DNA of 63,057 nucleotides, the filler included, from an uncultured bacterium (GTDB lineage: Bacteria > CAYUVA01), in assembly GCA_964448115.1 (NCBI GenBank). It is 4 parts of 4 records of this genome, joined end to end, with 100 filler letters (N's around TTAATTAATTAA, not from the genome) between each part and the next. Parts side by side here need not be neighbours in the genome. Positions count along the whole stretch, not along the records: positions 22,356 to 43,638 come from CAYUVA010000061.1; positions 43,739 to 54,817 come from CAYUVA010000064.1; 2 more parts are not named here. One strand, written 5' to 3'. Made by a program: the position numbers and the translations under genes. Within the stretch, counting starts at the first letter, position 1. Every line of letters starts with the position of its first letter. The notes beneath the pieces were generated by a model. That model did not search any database. It was not told the DNA's origin and saw nothing but the letters and a program-made list of their open reading frames with translations. Below are positions 40,043 through 48,387 of the stretch, piece after piece.

Positions 40043-41913
40043 GTAATAGATTTGCCAGGTATTTGCATCATAAGCCGTTTCTTACCAGCAATCTTGTTTT
40101 GGTCTTCAGCCTTTGGGCATTGATACACCTTTATCCCCGGAGCTGCTATGCCTACAAGCAAAGCGACTATCGCTTGTCAATAATCCGGGCGGGGGATCGT
40201 CTGGTGAACCTTCAGAGCGAGGATGGCGCCTGGGCTTACGAGGTAACCGACAGCTATGTCTATGATGGCCATGCGGACTACAACATAACCGCCCAGGTGG
40301 CGATGGGGCTTTTGTATGCCTTTGTTACGGTGTCGGATATGCTATATCTACAGCGAGCCATGCGCTCCGGCGACCTGGTTATGGAAAGAGGGGGAGAGAC
40401 GGGTGAACTGCTCGATTTCGGCGATATTATCTTTCTGATGACCCTGGGGGATCTATCGGGAACACCTAGATACAAGCTGTATGCTCGCAACGCCTTAAAC
40501 AACATCATCGAGACTCGATACCCGCAGCCAGGTATCTTGCTGGAAGAAGCATATAACACAAACGAGCACATCAGCGCTGCTGTAAGTGAGGCAGCCTATG
40601 CAGCAGCCCTGTGCGGAAACCAGCTATATGCGAAAGGTCTGCTCCAAGACCACAACCTTTGCCTTCTGAACCTGCAACGCCAAGATGGAGCTGTCAAAGG
40701 TGCATTTCTTAGCCGCAGAGGCGATGGTGAGCTTATCTATTACCTGCGCGATACAGCGGCTGCGATAAATACGTTGTATGCGATCTCCAAGACCGGCTAT
40801 AAAGAGGCGATCGAGGCTGGTCGGGAGCTGATCTTTTTGGGCACGGACTTCGATATCAGCCATCCGGGAGCGCTTCCTGCCGGCTATATCTACAATACAA
40901 CCGATGATACCTGCGAGTACCTTCCCGAGCTTTATACCACCGAAGATCACGCCCGGCAGGCGCTCATATTCAACAGGCTGTCCGAGAAGGCTCTATCAGA
41001 CAAGGCAGCCATACAGCTTTGTCGCACCCAGAGGAGCGAGTACGGCTACCAGGGCTGGTTTCAGCGGGATGATGACTGGGCAAGCGAGGCGGAGCTGATC
41101 GAGTACAGCACGGTCGATGCTTATGCTATTGGAGCCTTGACCGCTCGTATCTTGCTCAACGAACCACCTCAGATATATGTTGCTGGCTGGGTTGAAAGCG
41201 ATATAAGCTCCGAGATGGGGGGCAAACTCGATTGCTTCGCTTATGTCTTCGACCCTGATGGCGATGATATCAAAGATGTCTGGTTGGCTGCCGAAGGCTC
41301 CGAGTTCCATTACAGCATCCCCCCTTATGACCAGCACCATAGCTTTTTCTGGCTCAAGGGCAGCCAGCGTGAGCTGAATATCCAAAGCGGTGGGGAGCCG
41401 GGGGATTACCTGCTCAAGATTTATGCGCAGGATAGCTTTGCTGCGGTGAGCGACCCCTGGCCATACCTGATCGTGCACAGCATGGAAGCGATGAAATACG
41501 ATGGATACACGAAGCTGATGCCTGCCAATTTAACCTGGCAGGCGCTGTATGAACGGGCGGCATCGCCTAGCAACGGCTCTGAGCCACGCATCCTTGCCGC
41601 TGGCTACTTCGATACCACCATCCATGAGGGGATCGATGTTACTCTTGGCATACTTGCTGTAATTACCGACCCCAACGGCAGGGCTGATATCAACAAGGTA
41701 GAGGTGCTATACCAGGGAATGCCAACCGGTATAATGCTCCAGGATGATGGACAAAACGGGGATCTCGGCATTCGCGACTCCATCTTCGGGATCAAGATAC
41801 CGCTTAGAGGTGAGGATCTTATCGGCTTGGCTGGTAGTTACCTGCTTGAGATCAGGGCTTCCGATACATCGGGCAACACGAGCACCACCTGGCCTTACAT
41901 AAACATTGAGTGA
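40039..41913 (+). CDS. Secreted alpha/alpha-barrel-like protein with two tandem WPYL domains
   Basis: Start overlaps the upstream stop (ATGA); [18 protein letters not shown] (terpene cyclase/prenyltransferase-like Q-x-x-D-G repeats); C-terminal DPWPYLIV and TWPYINIE. Confidence 0.7.
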   Translation: MSNRFARYLHHKPFLTSNLVLVFSLWALIHLYPRSCYAYKQSDYRLSIIRAGDRLVNLQSEDGAWAYEVTDSYVYDGHADYNITAQVAMGLLYAFVTVSDMLYLQRAMRSGDLVMERGGETGELLDFGDIIFLMTLGDLSGTPRYKLYARNALNNIIETRYPQPGILLEEAYNTNEHISAAVSEAAYAAALCGNQLYAKGLLQDHNLCLLNLQRQDGAVKGAFLSRRGDGELIYYLRDTAAAINTLYAISKTGYKEAIEAGRELIFLGTDFDISHPGALPAGYIYNTTDDTCEYLPELYTTEDHARQALIFNRLSEKALSDKAAIQLCRTQRSEYGYQGWFQRDDDWASEAELIEYSTVDAYAIGALTARILLNEPPQIYVAGWVESDISSEMGGKLDCFAYVFDPDGDDIKDVWLAAEGSEFHYSIPPYDQHHSFFWLKGSQRELNIQSGGEPGDYLLKIYAQDSFAAVSDPWPYLIVHSMEAMKYDGYTKLMPANLTWQALYERAASPSNGSEPRILAAGYFDTTIHEGIDVTLGILAVITDPNGRADINKVEVLYQGMPTGIMLQDDGQNGDLGIRDSIFGIKIPLRGEDLIGLAGSYLLEIRASDTSGNTSTTWPYINIE

Positions 41914-41919
41914 TGAGGT

Positions 41920-42156
41920 TTGAGGCTTAAGGCTAATACAGTTCGCTGGATTCCCTTCTTTCCCGTTGCTCGTGGTGCGTTTAGCTTGCTACATGTTTTA
42001 ATGACTAAGCCTGATAAAGCAGCAAATTTCATCGCCGAGTCAAAAGCACTCGGCTTCAATACCTTGCGGGTTTTTGCTGGATTATGTGGCATGACGAATA
42101 TATGGGATGTTCTCCTAATTGAATCTGCAGGGAAAAATGTATATTACTTACCGTAG
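41920..42156 (+). pseudogene. Possible glycoside hydrolase (clan A-like) gene fragment
   Basis: KALGFNTLRVFA resembles the GH5-type GxNxxRV strand, but the ORF is only 78 aa. Confidence 0.3.
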
Positions 42157-42187
42157 CTAAACAGCAACAAGAGTTTAAGTATTAAAG

Positions 42188-43065
42188 ATGCCACGATACG
42201 AGAAAATTCTGTTCCTCAATCCGATTGTCTGGCTTAATGGGAAAAAACATGCGCATTATTATCGGAATTGGTGCGGAGGGGAGACACCTGGTTCCATTGC
42301 CTTCCCGCCGATAGACCTGGTCAGTGCAGCCACTTTACTTAGATCAGAAGGATTCAATGTTGCTCTTATCGATGCTAATGCCATGCATCTTAGTCAAAGG
42401 GAGATGATTGGAAAAATAATTGATTTTGAGCCTGACCTGCTCGCAGTACCATCAGCCTGGGGAAGTTTTACTTATGATATCAAGCTATTTGAGTCGGTGA
42501 AAAAAGAGTTACCTGAAACGGCAATAGCTTTATCCGGTCCGGTGGAAAAAATACGACCAGAGAGCAGGGTATCATGGCGGTTTCCTTGACGAAGAAAGCG
42601 GGAATGGAGGTTGCTGGCTCATTTATCTTAGGGCTTCCTGGTGAAGATTATGACGGGTTTAGTGAGATAATGAAATTCGCCATGGAGCTGGATCTCGATT
42701 ATGCGCAATTCCAAGGCATGATCGCCCTGACAGGAACAACCCTTTACGAGGCACATGGCCTGGCAAAGAATCTGGAGTCTTTCATGCTTACACGCTGGAT
42801 GAACTTGGTTGATGAATTAACTGAAGAACTGAGCGCTGGTCAGATATGGAGAAAGTTTTGGCGCGGCTATGTAAAGTATTACCTTGGAGCAAGATTCATC
42901 GGCAGCCCTCTCCCCAGCCCTCTCCCAGCGGGAGAGGGAGCAGATTTATTGATGCTATTGTCTGCACCAAAGCCAAGGAAAGTAGAGACTCTCAGTCCCC
43001 TCATCGCTGCGATAGACAAACTCCAGAAGGAAACTAGCGGGATCAATTCCCGAAGAGATCGATAG
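42188..43065 (+). pseudogene. Internally deleted B12-binding radical SAM gene, split into two frames
   Basis: N-part FPPIDL..AATLL..GFNVALIDANA (cobalamin-binding); C-part KKAGMEVAGSFILGLPGE...GTTLY; no CxxxCxxC between them. Confidence 0.75.
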
Positions 43066-43638
43066 TGGCTCTGATAAGCTAGCTGTTAGGGTGAATATTC
43101 CTTCGCCCTGGTAAAAACCCAGGAACACTCCAGTGTTCATGCCCTCAAAGAGGATCTCAACCTCGCCATCGCTTACCTGTGCTTGAGGGTTGGAGACTAG
43201 GGCTATTATCTGCAATCTGCCACCATTATGGCTTGATACATAAGTGTCCCAGTAGCCACCTAGTAGAATGACCGGCAAGACCTGGATAGTTGGTGTTGCA
43301 GTGGGCGTTGTGGTTGGTGTAATCGAAGGTGAAGGAGTATTGCTTGGCAATTCGGTTGGAGTTGTGCTAGGTAGGTGGGTTGCTGTGTGGGTTGGAGTCG
43401 AGGAGAAAGATGCGGTTGGGGTTGAGGTTGCAAGCATGGTGGCGGTCGGCGTGGAGGAAACAATTGGGGTTGCGGTAGCGGATGCGGTAGATGTTGGCGT
43501 TATACTCGGAGTCATAGTCGGCGAGTTGGTCCCGGTCATGGTTGGCGTGGCGCTATCGGTGTAGCTGGGGGTGCTTGTGGGGCTGTTGGAGGGGGTGAAT
43601 GTTGGGGTAGTCGAAGGGGTAGCTGTCGGCAAAGATGT
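42955..43638 (-). CDS. 5'-truncated protein: long Pro/Thr/Ser linker followed by a WPYL-type C-terminal domain
   Basis: Frame is open to the contig edge; PVILLGGYWDT...GG.LQIIALV...VEILFEGMNTGVFL...FLLEF...FPWL. Confidence 0.8.
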   Translation of the reverse strand, partial: TSLPTATPSTTPTFTPSNSPTSTPSYTDSATPTMTGTNSPTMTPSITPTSTASATATPIVSSTPTATMLATSTPTASFSSTPTHTATHLPSTTPTELPSNTPSPSITPTTTPTATPTIQVLPVILLGGYWDTYVSSHNGGRLQIIALVSNPQAQVSDGEVEILFEGMNTGVFLGFYQGEGIFTLTASLSEPLSISSGIDPASFLLEFVYRSDEGTESLYFPWLWCRQ

Positions 43639-43738
43639 NNNNNNNNNNNNNNNNNNNNNNNNNNNNNNNNNNNNNNNNNNNNTTAATTAATTAANNNNNN
43701 NNNNNNNNNNNNNNNNNNNNNNNNNNNNNNNNNNNNNN
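43639..43738. other. Artificial contig linker
   Basis: N44-TTAATTAATTAA-N44. Confidence 0.97.
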
Positions 43739-43749
43739 GAATCCCCCAC

Positions 43750-43854
43750 CACGATATCACGGTATCAAGGTAGCACGGTATTACGATATCACGGTATCCC
43801 GATAGCACGGTACTACGGTACCACATCCTAATCCTTCCTCGTGCCTTGGTGGTT
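43750..43854. repeat. Degenerate 8-nt tandem repeat (CACGGTAT-like) followed by a 33-nt conserved tail
   Basis: About nine 8-nt units, then CACATCCTAATCCTTCCTCGTGCCTTGGTGGTT (43822-43854). Confidence 0.75.
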
Positions 43855-43888
43855 CACCCCACTAAAGCCTACTAATGGAGGTAGTTCA

Positions 43889-45301
43889 ATGAAAGATAAG
43901 CTCATCAAGATAATTCTCGTCTTCTGCGAGATACTCAATGATATCAGGTATCGCACTTATCAGGAGCCGTTCGCCATGGCTATAATTGAGGCTGTGCTCG
44001 ATGGGGATTCTACCGAGCTCACCGCCCTGTTCGCCCGGCAGAGCGGCAAGACCGAGGTCGGCAAGTCTGTGCTTCTCGGACTTGCCGTGCTCCTTCCTGC
44101 ACTGGCAAAGACCTCGTGGGTAAAGGTCTGCCCGCAGATCACAAAATATTCTGATGGCTTCTGGGCGGGGATGGTCGGTCCCAAGCAGGCGCAGGCGCAG
44201 ATACCGTTCGACCGCATCAGGCAGACCTTATCGCAACGAGCTGTCTTGTGGCTGATGCGCTTGTTCGGCGCTAGCCCCACCATCTGCAACAGCCAGGCAT
44301 TGGCGCTCTCCAACGGCAGCAGGCTCATAGCCCTCACCGCCAACGATGACACCAACAACGAGGGCTATACCTTCCATGTTATCTGGTTCGAGGAGTGCCA
44401 ACTGCTGTCGAGCTTCCAGCTGTACAAGGTCTTTCATCCCATGTGCGCCGCGACTGCGGGGAGCTTCATCAAGGTGGGGACGCCGGCGCCGGGAACCTCC
44501 CCCTTTATGCGCTCTATCTCGTATAATAAAAGGGAATGCCCGCAGCATCACTTCGAGGCGCCCTATGAGACGGTCATCGCAGAAGTTCCCGAATATGCCC
44601 GCTTCATCGAGCAGGAGAAAAGACGGCTGAGCATGCTCGGCGGAGAGGAAGCGCCTGAGTTTGCCATGGCGTATCGGCTCAAGTGGGTGGCTGCCTCGAG
44701 AAGCTTCATTAAGCCAGAGGAGCTCAAGGCGCTGCAGGGCAATTATCCGCGAAAAGCAAGGGATAGGCAGCGGAGCCTCTACGCCGGCATCGATGTTGCC
44801 AAGATAAACGACTCCACGGTGGTAACCCTCATTGAGGATTGGGGTGATCACAAGCGGATAATCGACTGGCTGGAGCTAAAGGGTAATGATTATGCCGAGC
44901 AGGTCGGCATCATGCTTAATTTCATCCGCGACTGCCAGGCGGTGGCGGTTGACTCTACTGGAGTGGGCGATCCGGTGGTTGATATGCTGCGCTCTCGTTT
45001 TCGTGGGCGGATCGAGGGGGTGCACTTCTCGCCGAAGAACAAGGATAATCTTTATCGAGCTTTGCTCATGGAATTGAAGGCGGGAAGGCTTCTATATCCG
45101 GGAGATGAAGGCGGCTGCGATGTTATAATCAGCCGTTTCTTGCGCCAGATGAGCCTGCTTGAGGCTGAGTATCTGGGCGGTTACCTGTCGGTGAGGCATC
45201 CTTCTGGTTACGATGAGCACGATGATTACGCTGATTCGCTAGCATTGGCGCTACATGCAGCCAGCCTGCCGGCTTACAGGTACGAGATGATCGGGACGTG
45301 A
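43889..45301 (+). CDS. Phage terminase large subunit-like protein
   Basis: GGAGG RBS; Walker A ARQSGKT; Walker B VIWFEECQ; motif III VGTP; RNase H-like nuclease GIDVAKINDSTV, AVDSTGVG, HDDYADSLALA. Confidence 0.88.
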   Translation: MKDKLIKIILVFCEILNDIRYRTYQEPFAMAIIEAVLDGDSTELTALFARQSGKTEVGKSVLLGLAVLLPALAKTSWVKVCPQITKYSDGFWAGMVGPKQAQAQIPFDRIRQTLSQRAVLWLMRLFGASPTICNSQALALSNGSRLIALTANDDTNNEGYTFHVIWFEECQLLSSFQLYKVFHPMCAATAGSFIKVGTPAPGTSPFMRSISYNKRECPQHHFEAPYETVIAEVPEYARFIEQEKRRLSMLGGEEAPEFAMAYRLKWVAASRSFIKPEELKALQGNYPRKARDRQRSLYAGIDVAKINDSTVVTLIEDWGDHKRIIDWLELKGNDYAEQVGIMLNFIRDCQAVAVDSTGVGDPVVDMLRSRFRGRIEGVHFSPKNKDNLYRALLMELKAGRLLYPGDEGGCDVIISRFLRQMSLLEAEYLGGYLSVRHPSGYDEHDDYADSLALALHAASLPAYRYEMIGT

Positions 45302-45338
45302 GCACCCCGCCAAGATTGGGGAAAGGAAGGGGGGCAAC

Positions 45339-45425
45339 CACGAAGCCACGAAGCCACGAAGCCACAAAGCCACGAAGCCGGTATCACGGTATCACATCCT
45401 AATCCTTCCTCGTGCCTTGGTGGTT
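45339..45425. repeat. CCACGAAG tandem repeat plus the same 33-nt tail (45393-45425)
   Basis: Five CCAC(G/A)AAG units, then a sequence identical to 43822-43854. Confidence 0.75.
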
Positions 45426-45431
45426 AAAAAG

Positions 45432-45459
45432 TTGACTAGCCTGAGAATTACTATACAAT
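45432..45459 (+). promoter_or_regulatory. Putative sigma70 promoter of the sensor kinase
   Basis: TTGACT-N16-TACAAT, about 30 nt upstream of the ATG. Confidence 0.45.
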
Positions 45460-45490
45460 TACTTGTAAACAATAAAGATATTTATGGATT

Positions 45491-48217
45491 ATGTATAAAA
45501 CACTCAAAAAAATTTCCTCTGCCCGGCTAGGGGGCAAGTTGAAGGTGCTCTATTTTTTGCGTTTACTGCTGCCACTTCTTATCGTTTTCGTCCTCATAGC
45601 CGTTGTGCTTTATATCATCCATTACAGCGTCTTTATAGGCATCAAGGATAACCTAATAAGCTCGTTCCAGTATCGCCAGCTCATGGCAGCCAGGAACACG
45701 GCACATAATCTGAGTTCTACGATAAACTACATCATCATGGATATAAAATCACAGGCAGAGGAATCCGGCACCAGGTTGTCTCCCCACACAACCGAGACCA
45801 CCTCGGTTCTTCGCGCCATGTACAAACGGCACCTCGATGTCGCCTATCACGCCGGGCTTATCATCATAGAACCTGATGCGCCTTTGGCTACCATAGCGCA
45901 TGTATATCCAGAGTCCCGGGCTGCTGTCTCCGAGGGAAACGAGATTACCTACCAGGCTCATATCCAACGAATGCTCAACAATCCGGGCGATACCATAGTA
46001 AGCGAGCCATTCGATGCCGTGCAGGGCTTCAGGGCAATAGCCATACACCAGCCGATCATTGATCCCGAAGGCGGCGAGCTAATCGCCTCTTTGGCAATGC
46101 TTCTTCGCTTCAAGGAGCTATTTGCCGAGCTTTTCGCCGCCTCCAGGATCGGTCCCCAGGGGACTACCCTGCTTCTGGATGACAAAGGAACCATCCTTTA
46201 CCACGATGATGAACAGCTCTGGGGCAAGAATTGGATGAACTACATTGAACCCTTGGGAGAGGATAAAAGACAGTGGCTTGAATCAAAATCAAGCAAGTTC
46301 GATGCTTTATTCAATAAATCGCCCCGTGGACAGAATTACCATATAGTGCGCGACCTTGTAAGCGGCGCTAGAACATATTTCAGTTCCTCTGCGGTTGCCT
46401 TGGGGGATAAGATCTACTGGATAGTTGTCGCCAACCCAGAGGATGATGTTGTCGGCACCCTGAAGAGCTATAAGGAGGCTATCTCCAACAGCACCGCCGT
46501 TATCTTTATGGTCTATACGATGCTCATCTTGCTGGTGTTTTTTAGCAGCTATGGCTCCATGCGCGCCAAGGAGCGAGCCAAGATGGTAGATGAGCTTGAG
46601 CGCAAGGTAGATCAGCGAACCAAGGAGCTGCAAAAGGCACAACAGCAGCTTCAAACCTACTCTAGCGACCTGGAGAAGCTAGTAGAGGAGAGAACCAACG
46701 CGCTCATACAGTCAGAGGGGAAATATACCGCCTTGTTCCAGAACGCCAAGGAAGCGATAATCCTCACCGATGCTAAAACCGGACAGATACTCGACTGCAA
46801 CCCGGAGGCAGAGAGGCTCTTCGGATATAGCCTGAACGAGCTAATGGATAAAAAGGTCTGGGAGCTGGGACACCCGCAGGTCAAGGAAATTGCTCGCAAG
46901 CGATTCTACGAGTTCGTATCTGTCGGATACGGCAACGTGCCGGAGGTGCCGATAAGGAGCAAGGATGACCGGGTATTTTATGTTGATCTTATCTGCAAGG
47001 ACTTTCGTTATGCAGATCGAGACTTCTTCTTGTTCTTGCTTTGGGATGCAACCGAGCAGAAGAAGGCTCGCCAGGAGCTTCATCGAACCAATATCGCCCT
47101 CAATGAGCGCGTCAAACACCTTACCTGCCTGCACAATATAAACCAAGAGATAGAAAAGGAGTTCACGCCGATTGAATTCCTCAGAAGGGCTGCCAAGCAC
47201 ATCGAGGCTACCATCACCACCGAGGGCAACCTTGGCGCATACATCGAGTTCGACAGCAAGCAGATCGAGATTCTAGCCCCACAGGACGAGTTCCATGACA
47301 GGAAGAACTACCCGATAGTAGTAGGGCAACAAAGACGGGGCAACCTGGTTATCTATTACAAGGAGGGTGATACCATCGACCTCTGGGAGGAAAACCTGTT
47401 CTCCGACATAGCTCGCCTCATCTCCCATGCAATAGGTAAATACGAGGTCGAGCTTCAATTGCAGGAGTATTCGCATAACCTGGAGGCAATGGTCGAGGAG
47501 AAGACAAGGGAGCTAAAGGCGAAAAATAAAGACCTGGAGACATTCGCCTATACAATAAGCCATGACCTCAAGGTGCCGCTGGTGCCTATCATGGGATTCG
47601 CATCGCTACTAAAGGAGGAGCACAGCGAACAGCTCGATGAAGAAGGATTGATGCTTGTTGAGCGCATTTACTACAACGCCTCTTGGATGGAGAGGATGAT
47701 CACCGACCTTCTTGAGCTTTCACGCGCAGGGGTAAAAAGAACTGATCTAAGGGAAATTGAGGTCGAAGAGGTGCTCAATGAGGTAACCGCCTTCCTTGAA
47801 GAACAATTAAAGGAAAAAAATATACAGGTTCGCAAACAGTCCGAGCTTGGCAGCGTGGTCTTCGACAAGACCCAGCTTTATCAGATCTTCGCCAACCTGA
47901 TCGGCAATGCAGTCAAGTTCACCAAGCCAGCAGAAGAGGGGACAGAGCAGCCTTTTATACTCATCTGGGGCGAAGAAAAGGAAGACAAGAAGCTATTTTG
48001 CGTCTCAGACAACGGCATCGGAATACCCAAGGAACACCAGGCGAGGATATTCGATGTCTTCTTGCAGTCAAAGGTAAAACGGGATACTTCGGGGACTGGA
48101 GTCGGCTTGTCTATCGTAAAGCGCATTCTGGAATCATACGGCGGCGAAATATGGGTGGAATCGGAGCCGGGCAAGGGAAGCTCCTTTTTCTTCACCATAC
48201 CAAAGATGAAGGCGTGA
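45491..48217 (+). CDS. Sensor histidine kinase (Cache-like, PAS, HisKA, HATPase)
   Basis: Two TM helices; PAS DCNPEAERLFGY; H-box SHDLKVPL; N-box NLIGNAVKF; G-boxes DNGIGI and GTGVGL. Confidence 0.93.
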   Translation: MYKTLKKISSARLGGKLKVLYFLRLLLPLLIVFVLIAVVLYIIHYSVFIGIKDNLISSFQYRQLMAARNTAHNLSSTINYIIMDIKSQAEESGTRLSPHTTETTSVLRAMYKRHLDVAYHAGLIIIEPDAPLATIAHVYPESRAAVSEGNEITYQAHIQRMLNNPGDTIVSEPFDAVQGFRAIAIHQPIIDPEGGELIASLAMLLRFKELFAELFAASRIGPQGTTLLLDDKGTILYHDDEQLWGKNWMNYIEPLGEDKRQWLESKSSKFDALFNKSPRGQNYHIVRDLVSGARTYFSSSAVALGDKIYWIVVANPEDDVVGTLKSYKEAISNSTAVIFMVYTMLILLVFFSSYGSMRAKERAKMVDELERKVDQRTKELQKAQQQLQTYSSDLEKLVEERTNALIQSEGKYTALFQNAKEAIILTDAKTGQILDCNPEAERLFGYSLNELMDKKVWELGHPQVKEIARKRFYEFVSVGYGNVPEVPIRSKDDRVFYVDLICKDFRYADRDFFLFLLWDATEQKKARQELHRTNIALNERVKHLTCLHNINQEIEKEFTPIEFLRRAAKHIEATITTEGNLGAYIEFDSKQIEILAPQDEFHDRKNYPIVVGQQRRGNLVIYYKEGDTIDLWEENLFSDIARLISHAIGKYEVELQLQEYSHNLEAMVEEKTRELKAKNKDLETFAYTISHDLKVPLVPIMGFASLLKEEHSEQLDEEGLMLVERIYYNASWMERMITDLLELSRAGVKRTDLREIEVEEVLNEVTAFLEEQLKEKNIQVRKQSELGSVVFDKTQLYQIFANLIGNAVKFTKPAEEGTEQPFILIWGEEKEDKKLFCVSDNGIGIPKEHQARIFDVFLQSKVKRDTSGTGVGLSIVKRILESYGGEIWVESEPGKGSSFFFTIPKMKA

Positions 48218-48226
48218 AAGAGATCC

Positions 48227-48310
48227 ACGCCCCCCCTCCTCCCCCCCCCCCATTCATGGGGGGGATAAAGGGGGGGGCTTTCAAGGAGAATCACGCAAAG
48301 ACGCAAAGAA
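48227..48310. repeat. C-run/G-run palindromic element plus a family A module
   Basis: C-run ATTCAT G-run ATAAA G-run, then CACGCAAAGACGCAAAGA. Confidence 0.55.
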
Positions 48311-48387
48311 GAGTGGATTTTCCTAAAGCCTCAAGGAGAGCTTGAGGGCTTTCAATTATCTGTTGAACAATATAAACTACTCCCCAG

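Noticed and set aside
43841-43888. Longer GTG start for the terminase
   Set aside because: It lies inside the repeat tail; the ATG at 43889 has a GGAGG RBS
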